Below, piece by piece: positions 7,315 to 15,667 of a stretch of DNA of 17,381 bases (its first letter is position 1; each line of letters opens with the position of its first letter). A model generated the notes under the pieces. The model searched no databases and had not been told where the DNA came from. It was given only the letters and a program-made list of their open reading frames with translations. The stretch lies in the UHGV virus genome UHGV-0315696. One strand, given 5' to 3'. The position numbers and the translations under genes were made by a program. This stretch comes from a virus.

Positions 7315-8076
7315 ATGACACAGTTTCAACTTGCATTAATCGCTAGAGAAGTTGATGGAGAAGTCATCCATCTTCGCACCAAAGACGGATACATCAATGC
7401 CACCGCGATGTGCAAGTCTGCGGGGAAGCTACTTGCTGACTATACACGACTAAAAACAACACAAGATTTTTTTGATGAATTATCACGCGATATGGGGATT
7501 CCCATATCGGAGTTAATTCAATCATTTAAAGGCGGAAGAGCAGAGAATCAAGGGACTTGGGTTCATCCAGACATCGCAATTAATTTAGCTCAGTGGCTAT
7601 CTCCAAAATTTGCAGTGCAAGTATCGAGATGGGTGCGTGAGTGGATGTCAGGTGAAAGAGCGCCTGCCGAACTCCCTATCCACCTTAAGCGGTATATGAC
7701 AAACCGAGGCAGAGTTCCTCATACGCACTTTTCTATGCTTAATGAACTGACGTTTAACTTGGTTGCGCCACTTGAACAGGCCGGATATACGCTGCCAGAA
7801 AAAATGGTCCCTGATATTTCAGAGGGTAGGGTTTTCTCGCAATGGCTCCGTGACAACCGGGGGGTTGAGCCGAAGACATTCCCAACATATAACCATGAGT
7901 ACCCAGATGGCCGGACATTCCCGGTACGTCTATACCCAAACGAATATCTTGCAGATTTCAAACAACACTTCAACGAAGTGTGGCTGCCTCAGTACGCTCC
8001 TAAATATTTTGCTGAACGAGACCAAAGGGCATTGACGTTGATTGAGAAAATCATGCTACCTGACCTTGATTCCTAA
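7315..8076 (+). CDS. KilA-N domain protein in the rexA/rexB slot; candidate repressor-linked exclusion/abortive-infection protein (BstA-like?)
   Basis: 253 aa with AGGA SD. The N-terminal region (...GYINATAMCKSAGKLLADY...WVHPDIAINLAQWLSPKFAVQVSRWVREW) resembles the KilA-N fold from memory. Co-oriented with cI, 31 bp downstream, followed by a strong terminator and then OL. Confidence 0.6.
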   Translation: MTQFQLALIAREVDGEVIHLRTKDGYINATAMCKSAGKLLADYTRLKTTQDFFDELSRDMGIPISELIQSFKGGRAENQGTWVHPDIAINLAQWLSPKFAVQVSRWVREWMSGERAPAELPIHLKRYMTNRGRVPHTHFSMLNELTFNLVAPLEQAGYTLPEKMVPDISEGRVFSQWLRDNRGVEPKTFPTYNHEYPDGRTFPVRLYPNEYLADFKQHFNEVWLPQYAPKYFAERDQRALTLIEKIMLPDLDS

Positions 8077-8084
8077 ATGTTATT

Positions 8085-8110
8085 CCCGGCCACAGAGCCG
8101 GGTTTTCTTT
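8085..8110 (+). terminator. Rho-independent terminator ending the cI/KilA-N transcript
   Basis: CCCGGC-CACAGA-GCCGGG followed by TTTTCTTT. Confidence 0.7.
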
Positions 8111-8116
8111 GCCTCA

Positions 8117-8125
8117 CCCCCCCCC
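8117..8125. repeat. Homopolymeric C9 tract in the intergenic region
   Basis: Read directly (CACCCCCCCCCACC). Confidence 0.8.
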
Positions 8126-8264
8126 ACCTAAAGACACATAACCAAATGTATTTATTGAAAAATAAATAGATACAACTCACTAAACATCGCAATTCAGATC
8201 TCTCGATCACCTCCCAAGCCACTCAACCCTGCAAAAAATAAATCCATATAAAAAACATACAGAT

Positions 8265-8327
8265 AACCATCTGCGGTGATAAATTATCTCTGGCGGTGTT
8301 GACATAAATACCACTGGCGGTGATACT
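8265..8327 (+). promoter_or_regulatory. Left operator OL3 (8265..8281), OL2 (8285..8301), OL1 (8309..8325) with pL (-35 TTGACA 8299..8304, -10 GATACT 8322..8327)
   Basis: ACATACAGATAACCATCTGCGGTGATAAATTATCTCTGGCGGTGTTGACATAAATACCACTGGCGGTGATACT is identical to lambda OL/pL as I recall it. Transcription is rightward on the + strand toward N. Confidence 0.9.
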
Positions 8328-8395
8328 AAACACATCAGCAGGACGCACTACTCACCAGGGCGGTGAATATACAACGATTCAAATATGAATCTACG

Positions 8396-8410
8396 GCGCT
8401 GACAAAGCGC
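8396..8410 (+). promoter_or_regulatory. nutL boxB, P22 type (GCGCU-GACAA-AGCGC)
   Basis: Perfect 5-bp stem with a GACAA loop, about 70 nt downstream of the pL start and upstream of the N-like gene. It matches the P22 boxB as I recall it. No clear boxA upstream. A second hairpin CCAAAG-TGAA-CTTTGG follows at 8416..8431. Confidence 0.55.
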
Positions 8411-8575
8411 AATAACCAAAGTGAACTTTGGGGTGTGGTGAAGGGTTCATGGACGGGAATATGTCGCACGTAAAGCGGCGAGGCCTGCGGGACTATTGCC
8501 GAATTGAAGTAGGCCGAAACAGGTCGAAATGGGTCTCCCACCTACCACACCACCAAAGTTCATCAGGAGGTCTAT

Positions 8576-8959
8576 ATGACACGCAGAACTCAGTTCAAAG
8601 GCAATTCACGTTCTCGTCGTCGTGAGCGTTTAAAGGCAAAGGCATTAGCTAACGGCGTGCTGGCCCGCGAAGAAGCAATAAGTTCAGAAGTATTACACCG
8701 CCCTACTCTAAGCAGAGCGCAGATTCAGGCTAAAGGTACTCACGAAACGCCTGAGCGCATAGAAGACGCTAAGCCAATTAAGTTCATGGCACAGGACGTG
8801 ATCTGGCAACAGAAAGAATACAGACGCAATCTGGAGCGAGCGGCCATTGTGTACGCGAATGAGTTTGGACATAAGCAACCAGAAACTGGTGTATGTCTTC
8901 CAAACGTAGCCATTTACGCGGCAGGCTACCGGAAATCCAAACAACTGACGGCGAGGTGA
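8576..8959 (+). CDS. N: N-like transcription antiterminator (P22 gp24-like; N-terminal arginine-rich motif)
   Basis: 127 aa with AGGAGG SD. ARM-like N-terminus (NSRSRRRERLKAKA). The C-terminus ...LPNVAIYAAGYRKSKQLTAR parallels my recollection of the P22 N C-terminus. First gene of the pL operon after a boxB. Confidence 0.65.
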   Translation: MTRRTQFKGNSRSRRRERLKAKALANGVLAREEAISSEVLHRPTLSRAQIQAKGTHETPERIEDAKPIKFMAQDVIWQQKEYRRNLERAAIVYANEFGHKQPETGVCLPNVAIYAAGYRKSKQLTAR

Positions 8960-8962
8960 TTG

Positions 8963-9676
8963 ATGACCACGCCTTCAGTTTTGCCGCAAAAATTATGGCG
9001 TCCGCTTGCAGAGATTAAAAACTTCGTTGAAAAAATGCCTGACGGCGTTCGCCTTACTGAGGTTACTAAAAAAGTTAAGACATTTGCCGAACTGTCAGGA
9101 AAGGAGAGAAACCAGCTCATCGATTTTATCGATAAACGGGAAAGCATCATTGTATTTAAGGTCAGAAAAGAAGGTTCTGGTAACGGAGTAACCTTTTTAC
9201 GCCACAAAAAATATGGATATCCCAAGCGGGAAGGAAACGTCACAATCATTAAGGACCTTCAATCAAAATTATGTACCAGATGCGGGCAGACAAAATCAGT
9301 CAATGATTTTTATTCAGATGCCAGCAAGCGTGACGGGAGAGCCATTTATTGCAAGAAGTGCGAATCTGCAATGAAACGCTCACGCAGAGAATGCAACAAA
9401 TTAATTCTGCAACAACAGGAACCTGAAGTGAATAACCTCAAAGCAGTTTCACCTTCACCAGAAATACTCAGAAAACAGGCTGAAGAATTGCTGAAAGCCG
9501 CCGAAATTGCGGAGAAAAAACGCCAGGAAGATGATGAATTCAACAAAAAACTTGCGCCCTTAAAACTTGAAATTCTTCAGGCCGCCGGAAAAATGCAGCT
9601 TAAACTGGACGAATTCATCGACTGTATGGATGAAATGAATAAAGCAGTTCAGAAGCTTAAAGAGCTGACCGCCTGA
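8963..9676 (+). CDS. Hypothetical early-left protein with a CxxC...CxxC zinc ribbon and a C-terminal coiled coil
   Basis: 237 aa with GAGG SD; the ATG at 8963 follows the N stop by 3 nt. CTRCG...CKKCE motif. No family recognised. Confidence 0.6.
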   Translation: MTTPSVLPQKLWRPLAEIKNFVEKMPDGVRLTEVTKKVKTFAELSGKERNQLIDFIDKRESIIVFKVRKEGSGNGVTFLRHKKYGYPKREGNVTIIKDLQSKLCTRCGQTKSVNDFYSDASKRDGRAIYCKKCESAMKRSRRECNKLILQQQEPEVNNLKAVSPSPEILRKQAEELLKAAEIAEKKRQEDDEFNKKLAPLKLEILQAAGKMQLKLDEFIDCMDEMNKAVQKLKELTA

Positions 9677-9707
9677 TATTAATAAATTGCAACTACCGGA
9701 GTTAACT

Positions 9708-10067
9708 ATGAACGAAACAGAACTGAAGCACATTATCGCCCTGCTTCTGGAAGATGCCAAACAGGTTTATCGACTTAGCCCAAATTCCGCAACGCTGACA
9801 CGCATCCAGATGGCAGAAAAAGCACTGAAACAGGATAATGAAAACAGCGCATCTGAAGTTGATGCTAATGGTGAAAATGAAGTAATAGAAATAAACAGCA
9901 ATATCAGCGACAGTTGCGTCGCTTACAGCCACCAAATAATTCGTGTAAGCGCAAGAATAATGGAATTGATGGCAAGTGAGCTTGAAAAGAACAACATCAA
10001 GCCCACTGATTGTTGTTTAAGAACCGTAATGAACGTTATTTATTACTCGATGTTCCGAAGTCGCTAA
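9708..10067 (+). CDS. Hypothetical early-left protein (119 aa)
   Basis: ATG at 9708 with GGAG SD (the track starts at 9687). No family recognised. The 3' end overlaps the convergent small ORF. Confidence 0.45.
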   Translation: MNETELKHIIALLLEDAKQVYRLSPNSATLTRIQMAEKALKQDNENSASEVDANGENEVIEINSNISDSCVAYSHQIIRVSARIMELMASELEKNNIKPTDCCLRTVMNVIYYSMFRSR

Positions 10068-10245
10068 CAGCGTCGAGTTTTTCATCAAAAAATGATTCAA
10101 ATACATCGTAAAATACGGCAATAGCACCGCCCTTATCTACCGCGGCAGGAACTGCCTTTTGAGGTATATCTTTCTCCCTGAATTGTGTGTTGTAGGTATC
10201 GACAGCCAGCCGCATCAGAAACATCACTTTTTCTTCTTGTGTCAT
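10036..10245 (-). CDS. Hypothetical small protein (69 aa) antisense to the pL operon
   Basis: Strong SD TAAGGAG 8-9 nt upstream of the ATG at 10245 on the - strand. Protein-like composition (MTQEEKVMFLMRLAVDTYNTQFREKDIPQ...). Confidence 0.45.
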   Translation of the reverse strand: MTQEEKVMFLMRLAVDTYNTQFREKDIPQKAVPAAVDKGGAIAVFYDVFESFFDEKLDAVSDFGTSSNK

Positions 10246-10465
10246 AAATTCACTCTCCTTACGGGGTTTGTAGTTGAGGAGTTCTCCACGGGTGAGGTGG
10301 AGATCGTGCGCCGGACACGGGTGAGTTCCGGCACTCTCAGTTTACTGAACAGACATTCCCCTGAAAGCCAGGGTACAACACGAAAGTGCACGGCGAAGAC
10401 TCTTTCCCATTGAAGGCTTGTCGTTAGATTTCTTCGACCGTGCGCTTCCGGTTGTGAATAACAAC

Positions 10466-10525
10466 ATTGCTGTGTGTAGCCCTTGGCGGACATCGGTTTG
10501 CCGATTGCTGATGTCCGCCCTTTTT
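10466..10525 (+). ncRNA. DicF-like sRNA candidate ending in a strong rho-independent terminator (hairpin 10485..10519, T5 10521..10525)
   Basis: TTGGCGGACATCGGTTTGCCGATTGCTGATGTCCGCCCTTTTT has the same architecture as, and substantial identity with, the DicF 3' portion as I recall it (TTGGCGGTATCAG...CTGCCGCCCTTTTT). Sits in a 440-bp noncoding stretch within the pL operon, as dicF does in Qin. The 5' boundary is a guess. Confidence 0.45.
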
Positions 10526-10701
10526 AAAGTGAATTTTGTGATGCGGTGAATGCGGCTATGCGCACGCGGAACAGTTAAACCGACAGGATGTCACGGAAAG
10601 TCATCGTCCCCTGACCCGGCGTTAGTTGTTAACTGGTTAACGTCACCTGGAGGTACCAGGCACCGCATCAACAAAGTTCATTTGTGAAAATGGAGATAAT
10701 T

Positions 10702-10923
10702 ATGATTGCTCATCACTTCGGAACTGATGAAATACCACGTCAGTGCGTGACGCCTGGCGATTATGTTCTTCATGAAGGTCGGACATATATCGCTTCAGCA
10801 AACAATATTGAAAAGAGAAAACTCTATATTCGTAACTTCACAACAAAAACATGCATTACCGACTGCATGATTAAAGTTTTCATCGGGCGCGATGGCTTAC
10901 CCGTAAAAGCAGCGTCGTTGTGA
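10702..10923 (+). CDS. Hypothetical small protein (73 aa)
   Basis: ATG at 10702 with GGAG SD 6 nt upstream (the track starts further upstream at 10684). Not similar to DicB as recalled. Confidence 0.4.
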   Translation: MIAHHFGTDEIPRQCVTPGDYVLHEGRTYIASANNIEKRKLYIRNFTTKTCITDCMIKVFIGRDGLPVKAASL

Positions 10924-11006
10924 CGAGTAATAAAATACACCTTCCATATCTGTAACAGACAAGCCGAAATAAAACCGCATTAATTATCAACCACGGAAAA
11001 ATAAAA

Positions 11007-11393
11007 ATGAAAGAACTTGCGCAAAATGAAATATTTTCCGAAACTAGTCCTGATGCAATAAATGAAGTCAAAGAAATTGCAGAACGCATCAGTAAAATAT
11101 GCAAAGAATACAAAATCGACTTTGTATTTTCTTTTTCAGTACTTACAGAAGTTGGAAATAACGAATATAAGGACAGTCGTTTTGTTTTATGTGGGTTAAA
11201 TGGCAAAACACCAAGCCCATATATTCATGCTGCATGTGAAGTCGTCAGAAGCAACATTGGAGCACAACAAATCCATACACTGGCGCAGGCTCTTGAGTTT
11301 GCAAGAGAAAATTCTGAGTGCGACTGCCCTGAATGCCAGCACGAAAAGGGAAAAACAACTCACAAAACAGCAAACCAGGCAACCTTCCACTGA
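11007..11393 (+). CDS. Hypothetical protein (128 aa) with a C-terminal CDCPECQHEKGK motif
   Basis: ORF with a weak RBS. No family recognised. Confidence 0.45.
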   Translation: MKELAQNEIFSETSPDAINEVKEIAERISKICKEYKIDFVFSFSVLTEVGNNEYKDSRFVLCGLNGKTPSPYIHAACEVVRSNIGAQQIHTLAQALEFARENSECDCPECQHEKGKTTHKTANQATFH

Positions 11394-11400
11394 AATAAAA

Positions 11401-11430
11401 ATCCGGCAGCGCAGGCTACCGGATTTCTCC
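11401..11430 (+). terminator. Terminator-like hairpin (imperfect stem, weak U-tract)
   Basis: ATCCGGCAG...CTACCGGAT followed by TTCTCC, just after the 11007..11393 ORF. Confidence 0.25.
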
Positions 11431-11500
11431 CTGCGTCACCGTATTCGGAGAAATCAGACAAAGGGCCGCTAATTCTAATCCAGCCAGAGATTTAAATACA

Positions 11501-13573
11501 ATGAGCGCTGATAAACAGACTTTTGCACTACACTGCGAAGCAAAAAACGATAAAGTCAGAAAACGCCTTGGCATCAAAGGCGGTTTTTTCTGGACCGAGG
11601 CCAGAAAACTTTCTGTCGCAGTTTCCCGCTGCATTGCAGCCATGGACGATGCAGGCTACGACGAGGATGATTTCAAAAAACCCGTTCGCGTAAATTTCCC
11701 CGTCGTGAATGACCTTCCACCGGAAGGCGTGTTTGATACTGAATTCTGCAACCGCTATGAAAAAGGCGGGGAAGATGGCATCACCATGATGGCTATATCC
11801 TTCAATGACAACATCAACGGTGAAGATGCCACAACTGCTGGCGATGACAACGATGACCCGGACGGAACTATTCCGGATGATGTGGAGAAAAGCGAATCCC
11901 CGGACAGCGACGATGACTGTTCTGAGTGTGAAATTCCCGTCGCCACTCTGAGCCTTACTCATCGCTTCCTTCACCTCTTCTTCTTCAGCAAGGATGAAGA
12001 TGGAAAATACCGGCATCACGCCACACCAGAACAACGCAATAACGTGATCCGTATGGAGATGGACACAGAGGACAGTTACCTTCAGAGCCTGCTTACTGCT
12101 GTGCGCGCCGCACATCATGAACTGGATAAACTGACGAACTATCACCTTAGTCGCCTGGCTGAATCTGTAGGGAAAGCATTCCCCCACTCTGCAAATCATC
12201 GCATCAGCCCGGCTGAATTCGACAAGTTCATTTCCACCTGGATGAAAACTGACTACCTTGATCAGGGCCTGCTGACAAAAGAATGGCAGAACGGAAATTA
12301 TGTTTCAGGCATTACCCGTACGCCTTCCGGTGCTAACGCTGGCGGCGGAAATCTTACCGATCGTGGTGAAGGATTCAAACATGATAAGACATCACTCGCA
12401 CGAGATGTAGCCACCGGCGTTCTGGCCCGTTCAATGGATGTGGATATTTATAACCTGCACCCAGCACACGCAAAACGCGTTGAAGAAATCGTGTCAGAGA
12501 ATAAGCCGCCCTTTTCTGTTTTTCGCGACAAATTTATCGCCATGCCCGGTGGGCTGGATTATTCCCGCGCCATTGTGGTGGCTTCCGTGAAAGAAGCACC
12601 AATCGGCATTGAGGCCATCCCGGCACGCGTGACTGAATATCTCAACAAAGTGTTGACCGAAACCGATCACGCTAACCCGGATCCGGAAATCGTGGAAATT
12701 GCCTGCGGTCGCTCATCAGCACCGATGCCGCAGCGCGGAACAGCAGAAGGAAAACATGGCGATGAAGAAAAGCAACAAGCATCGGACACAATGGCTAATG
12801 AACAGGCAGCGCCTGAATCAGTGGAAGAAATTCCAGTTAAACATAATGAGGACACGCAATCACTGGAAAATGTCTCATCTGTAGAAACGAAATACCAGGA
12901 ACTGAGGGAGGAACTCAATAAAGCCAGGGAAAACATCCCCCCAAAAAATCCAGTCGATGCCGACAAATTACTGGCTGCCTCGCGTGGAGAATTCGTTGAA
13001 GGCATCAGTAACCCTGCTGATCCGAAGTGGGTGAAGGGGATCCAGACTCGCGACACTGAGGACCAGAATCAGTCCAAAGTGGAACAAATTGCCCCAGAAG
13101 CGGGACAAAACAGCCCGGATACGCAACAAAACGGGTCAGAAGAGCAACAGCCAGGGCCAGTAGCGCAACCGGAGCTGGAAAAAAACTGCCGCGTCTGTGG
13201 TCAGACTGGCGGGGGTAACTGCCCTGACTGTAGTGCGGTAATGGGCGATAGCACTTACACAGAAACTTTTGGAGAAAATGACGCCGCTGATGGAGAAGAC
13301 TCAGCACAAACTGAGGAGAAGATCATTCAGGAAAACTCTGTTGATGCCGCTCAGGAGGGCGAAACCGTTGTTCAGAACGAGCCAGGCAGTGATACGTCCG
13401 GCGATGACGCCAATTCTGAGCCAGTAACTCTCGACTGGAAAAGACAGCTCGTGATTGCCGCCGTCTATGGTTTGTGCGCCAACCCCGCATGTATAGCCAC
13501 AGCGCCAGCAATCCCTGATATCGCCATCATGATTGCCAACAGGCTTGAAAATTTCGGAGGTGATAAATCATGA
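11501..13573 (+). CDS. Large acidic hypothetical protein (690 aa) with Asp/Glu-rich low-complexity segments and a [15 protein letters not shown] zinc-ribbon-like motif
   Basis: Uninterrupted 2.07-kb ORF in the pL operon whose stop overlaps the gam start (ATGA). The minus-strand ORFs inside it are shadows. No family recognised. Confidence 0.7.
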   Translation: MSADKQTFALHCEAKNDKVRKRLGIKGGFFWTEARKLSVAVSRCIAAMDDAGYDEDDFKKPVRVNFPVVNDLPPEGVFDTEFCNRYEKGGEDGITMMAISFNDNINGEDATTAGDDNDDPDGTIPDDVEKSESPDSDDDCSECEIPVATLSLTHRFLHLFFFSKDEDGKYRHHATPEQRNNVIRMEMDTEDSYLQSLLTAVRAAHHELDKLTNYHLSRLAESVGKAFPHSANHRISPAEFDKFISTWMKTDYLDQGLLTKEWQNGNYVSGITRTPSGANAGGGNLTDRGEGFKHDKTSLARDVATGVLARSMDVDIYNLHPAHAKRVEEIVSENKPPFSVFRDKFIAMPGGLDYSRAIVVASVKEAPIGIEAIPARVTEYLNKVLTETDHANPDPEIVEIACGRSSAPMPQRGTAEGKHGDEEKQQASDTMANEQAAPESVEEIPVKHNEDTQSLENVSSVETKYQELREELNKARENIPPKNPVDADKLLAASRGEFVEGISNPADPKWVKGIQTRDTEDQNQSKVEQIAPEAGQNSPDTQQNGSEEQQPGPVAQPELEKNCRVCGQTGGGNCPDCSAVMGDSTYTETFGENDAADGEDSAQTEEKIIQENSVDAAQEGETVVQNEPGSDTSGDDANSEPVTLDWKRQLVIAAVYGLCANPACIATAPAIPDIAIMIANRLENFGGDKS

Positions 13574-13866
13574 ATGCCTGGCTTATCCCCGATCGCATTG
13601 AAGAGCAGTCATGGGCACGACACTACCAGCAAATTGCCCGTGAAGAAACTGAAGCTGAGCTGGCAGACGACCTGGAAAAAGGTCTGCCCCAACACCTGTT
13701 TGAATCGCTATGCATCGATAATCTGCAACGTCACGGGGCCAGCAAAAAAGCTATTTCCCGTGCATTTGATGACGATGTCGATTTTCAGGAACGCATGGCA
13801 GAACACATCCGCTACATGGCTGAAACCATCGCCCGTCACCAAATTAATATTGATTCAGAGGTATAA
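13570..13866 (+). CDS. gam: Gam, host RecBCD inhibitor (short GamS-length form)
   Basis: 98 aa ([60 protein letters not shown]...), near-identical to the C-terminal 98 aa of lambda Gam from memory. Confidence 0.9.
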   Translation: MNAWLIPDRIEEQSWARHYQQIAREETEAELADDLEKGLPQHLFESLCIDNLQRHGASKKAISRAFDDDVDFQERMAEHIRYMAETIARHQINIDSEV

Positions 13867-13871
13867 AACGG

Positions 13872-14657
13872 ATGAGTACAGCACTCGCAACGCTGGCAGG
13901 GAAGCTGGCTGAACGTGTCGGCATGGATTCTGTCGACCCACAGGAACTAATCACCACTCTTCGCCAGACGGCATTTAAAGGTGATGCCAGCGATGCGCAA
14001 TTTATCGCATTGTTGATCGTCGCCAACCAGTACGGCCTTAATCCCTGGACGAAAGAAATTTACGCCTTCCCTGACAAGCAGAACGGCATCGTTCCGGTGG
14101 TTGGCGTTGATGGCTGGTCCCGCATTATCAATGAAAACCAGCAGTTTGATGGCATGGACTTTGAGCAGGACAATGAGTCCTGTACATGCCGGATTTACCG
14201 CAAAGATCGCAATCACCCGATCTGCGTTACCGAGTGGATGGATGAATGTCGCCGCGCACCATTCAAAACCCGCGAAGGCAGAGAAATCACCGGACCGTGG
14301 CAGTCGCATCCCAAACGGATGTTACGGCACAAAGCCATGATTCAGTGTGCTCGCCTGGCCTTCGGATTTGCTGGCATCTATGACAAGGATGAAGCCGAGC
14401 GTATTGTCGAAAATACTGCATATACTACAGAACGTCAGCCGGAACACGACATCACCCCGGTTAACGAAGAAACCATGTCGGAAATTAACGCCCTTCTTAC
14501 TTCCATGGAAAAAACGTGGGATGACGACCTGTTGCCGCTCTGTTCCCAGATTTTTCGCCGCAACATTTACACATCTTCAGAACTAACACAGGCTGAAGCT
14601 GTGAAGGTTCTTGGATTCCTGAAACAGAAAGTCACAGAGCAGAAGGTAGCAGCATGA
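13872..14657 (+). CDS. bet: Bet (Red-beta) single-strand annealing recombinase
   Basis: 261 aa, near-identical to lambda Bet from memory ([66 protein letters not shown]...). Confidence 0.95.
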   Translation: MSTALATLAGKLAERVGMDSVDPQELITTLRQTAFKGDASDAQFIALLIVANQYGLNPWTKEIYAFPDKQNGIVPVVGVDGWSRIINENQQFDGMDFEQDNESCTCRIYRKDRNHPICVTEWMDECRRAPFKTREGREITGPWQSHPKRMLRHKAMIQCARLAFGFAGIYDKDEAERIVENTAYTTERQPEHDITPVNEETMSEINALLTSMEKTWDDDLLPLCSQIFRRNIYTSSELTQAEAVKVLGFLKQKVTEQKVAA

Positions 14658-15334
14658 CACCGGACATTATCCTGCAACGTACAGGGATCGACGTGAGAGC
14701 TGTCGAACAGGGGGATGATGCGTGGCACAAATTACGGCTCGGCGTCATCACCGCTTCAGAAGTTCACAACGTGATAGCAAAACCCCGCTCAGGAAAGAAA
14801 TGGCCTGACATGAAAATGTCCTACTTCCACACTCTGCTGGCTGAGGTCTGCACGGGTGTGGCCCCGGAAGTTAACGCCAAAGCCCTGGCATGGGGAAAAC
14901 AGTACGAGAACGACGCCAGAGCTCTGTTTGAGTTTACTTCCGGCGTGAATGTTACTGAATCCCCGATCATCTATCGTGACGAAAGTATGCGTACAGCCTG
15001 CTCTCCCGATGGTTTATGCAGTGACGGTAAAGGCCTTGAGCTGAAATGTCCGTTTACCTCCCGGGATTTCATGAAATTCCGGCTCGGTGGTTTCGAGGCA
15101 ATAAAATCAGCTTACATGGCCCAGGTGCAATTCAGCATGTGGGCGACGCGAAAAGATGCCTGGTACTTTGCCAACTATGACCCACGTATGAAGCGTGAAG
15201 GCCTGCATTATGTCGTGGTCGAGCGGGATGAAAAATACATGGCTGGTTTTGACGAAATGGTGCCAGAGTTCATCGAAAAAATGGACGAGGCACTGGCTGA
15301 AATTGGTTTTGTATTTGGGGAGCAATGGCGATAG
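14654..15334 (+). CDS. exo: Exo (Red-alpha) 5'-3' exonuclease
   Basis: 226 aa matching lambda Exo from memory ([65 protein letters not shown]...). ATGA overlap with bet, as in lambda. Confidence 0.95.
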   Translation: MTPDIILQRTGIDVRAVEQGDDAWHKLRLGVITASEVHNVIAKPRSGKKWPDMKMSYFHTLLAEVCTGVAPEVNAKALAWGKQYENDARALFEFTSGVNVTESPIIYRDESMRTACSPDGLCSDGKGLELKCPFTSRDFMKFRLGGFEAIKSAYMAQVQFSMWATRKDAWYFANYDPRMKREGLHYVVVERDEKYMAGFDEMVPEFIEKMDEALAEIGFVFGEQWR

Positions 15335-15372
15335 CCGTAGCAACGAGGTGCAAATGATATGACAGTTAAGGA

Positions 15373-15633
15373 ATGCTACCTGTGTTCGTTCTGATCCAGC
15401 GCGGGCAGTCCTTCGTCGACGCCAACAACTATCCGGTTGAAGTCTGCAAAATCACTCTGACGCAGGTAATCTTCCGCAGGCTGGATGGGAGAACCAGAGC
15501 CGCTTCAATTAGCGCATTTAATGCAGAATTTGAGCGAATCGATCACAACGAACTACACATGATTAAAGCAGAAATTGAGAAGGAAAAGCATATTGCCAGC
15601 CTTCGAAAAATGCGCCGCATATCAATCAACTGA
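15373..15633 (+). CDS. Hypothetical small protein (86 aa)
   Basis: ORF between exo and xis with a poor RBS; its stop is immediately followed by a terminator hairpin. Low confidence that it is translated. Confidence 0.3.
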   Translation: MLPVFVLIQRGQSFVDANNYPVEVCKITLTQVIFRRLDGRTRAASISAFNAEFERIDHNELHMIKAEIEKEKHIASLRKMRRISIN

Positions 15634-15635
15634 CA

Positions 15636-15656
15636 ACCGCCTTCGGGCGGTTTTTA
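15636..15656 (+). terminator. Rho-independent terminator
   Basis: ACCGCC-TTCG-GGCGGT followed by TTTTT. Confidence 0.55.
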
Positions 15657-15667
15657 ATGGCGAAAAT

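Noticed and set aside
7719-8035. ORFs antisense to or inside the KilA-N gene (7719..7973 -, 7754..7939 -, 7763..8035 +)
   Set aside because: Shadow frames of a longer, better-supported ORF; junk-like composition.
7284-8076. rexA/rexB genes
   Set aside because: Looked for them downstream of cI; the ORF present is 253 aa with a KilA-N-like N-terminus and does not resemble RexA or RexB as recalled.
10159-10493. ORFs 10159..10413(+) and 10242..10493(-) in the DicF-like region
   Set aside because: No RBS, non-protein-like translations, and they overlap the better-supported small gene and the sRNA/terminator.
11528-13511. Multiple minus-strand ORFs inside the 690-aa gene (11528..12199, 12667..13056, 13005..13307, 13323..13511)
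   Set aside because: All lie within the single uninterrupted + strand ORF and have Ser/Cys/Arg-rich shadow-frame composition.
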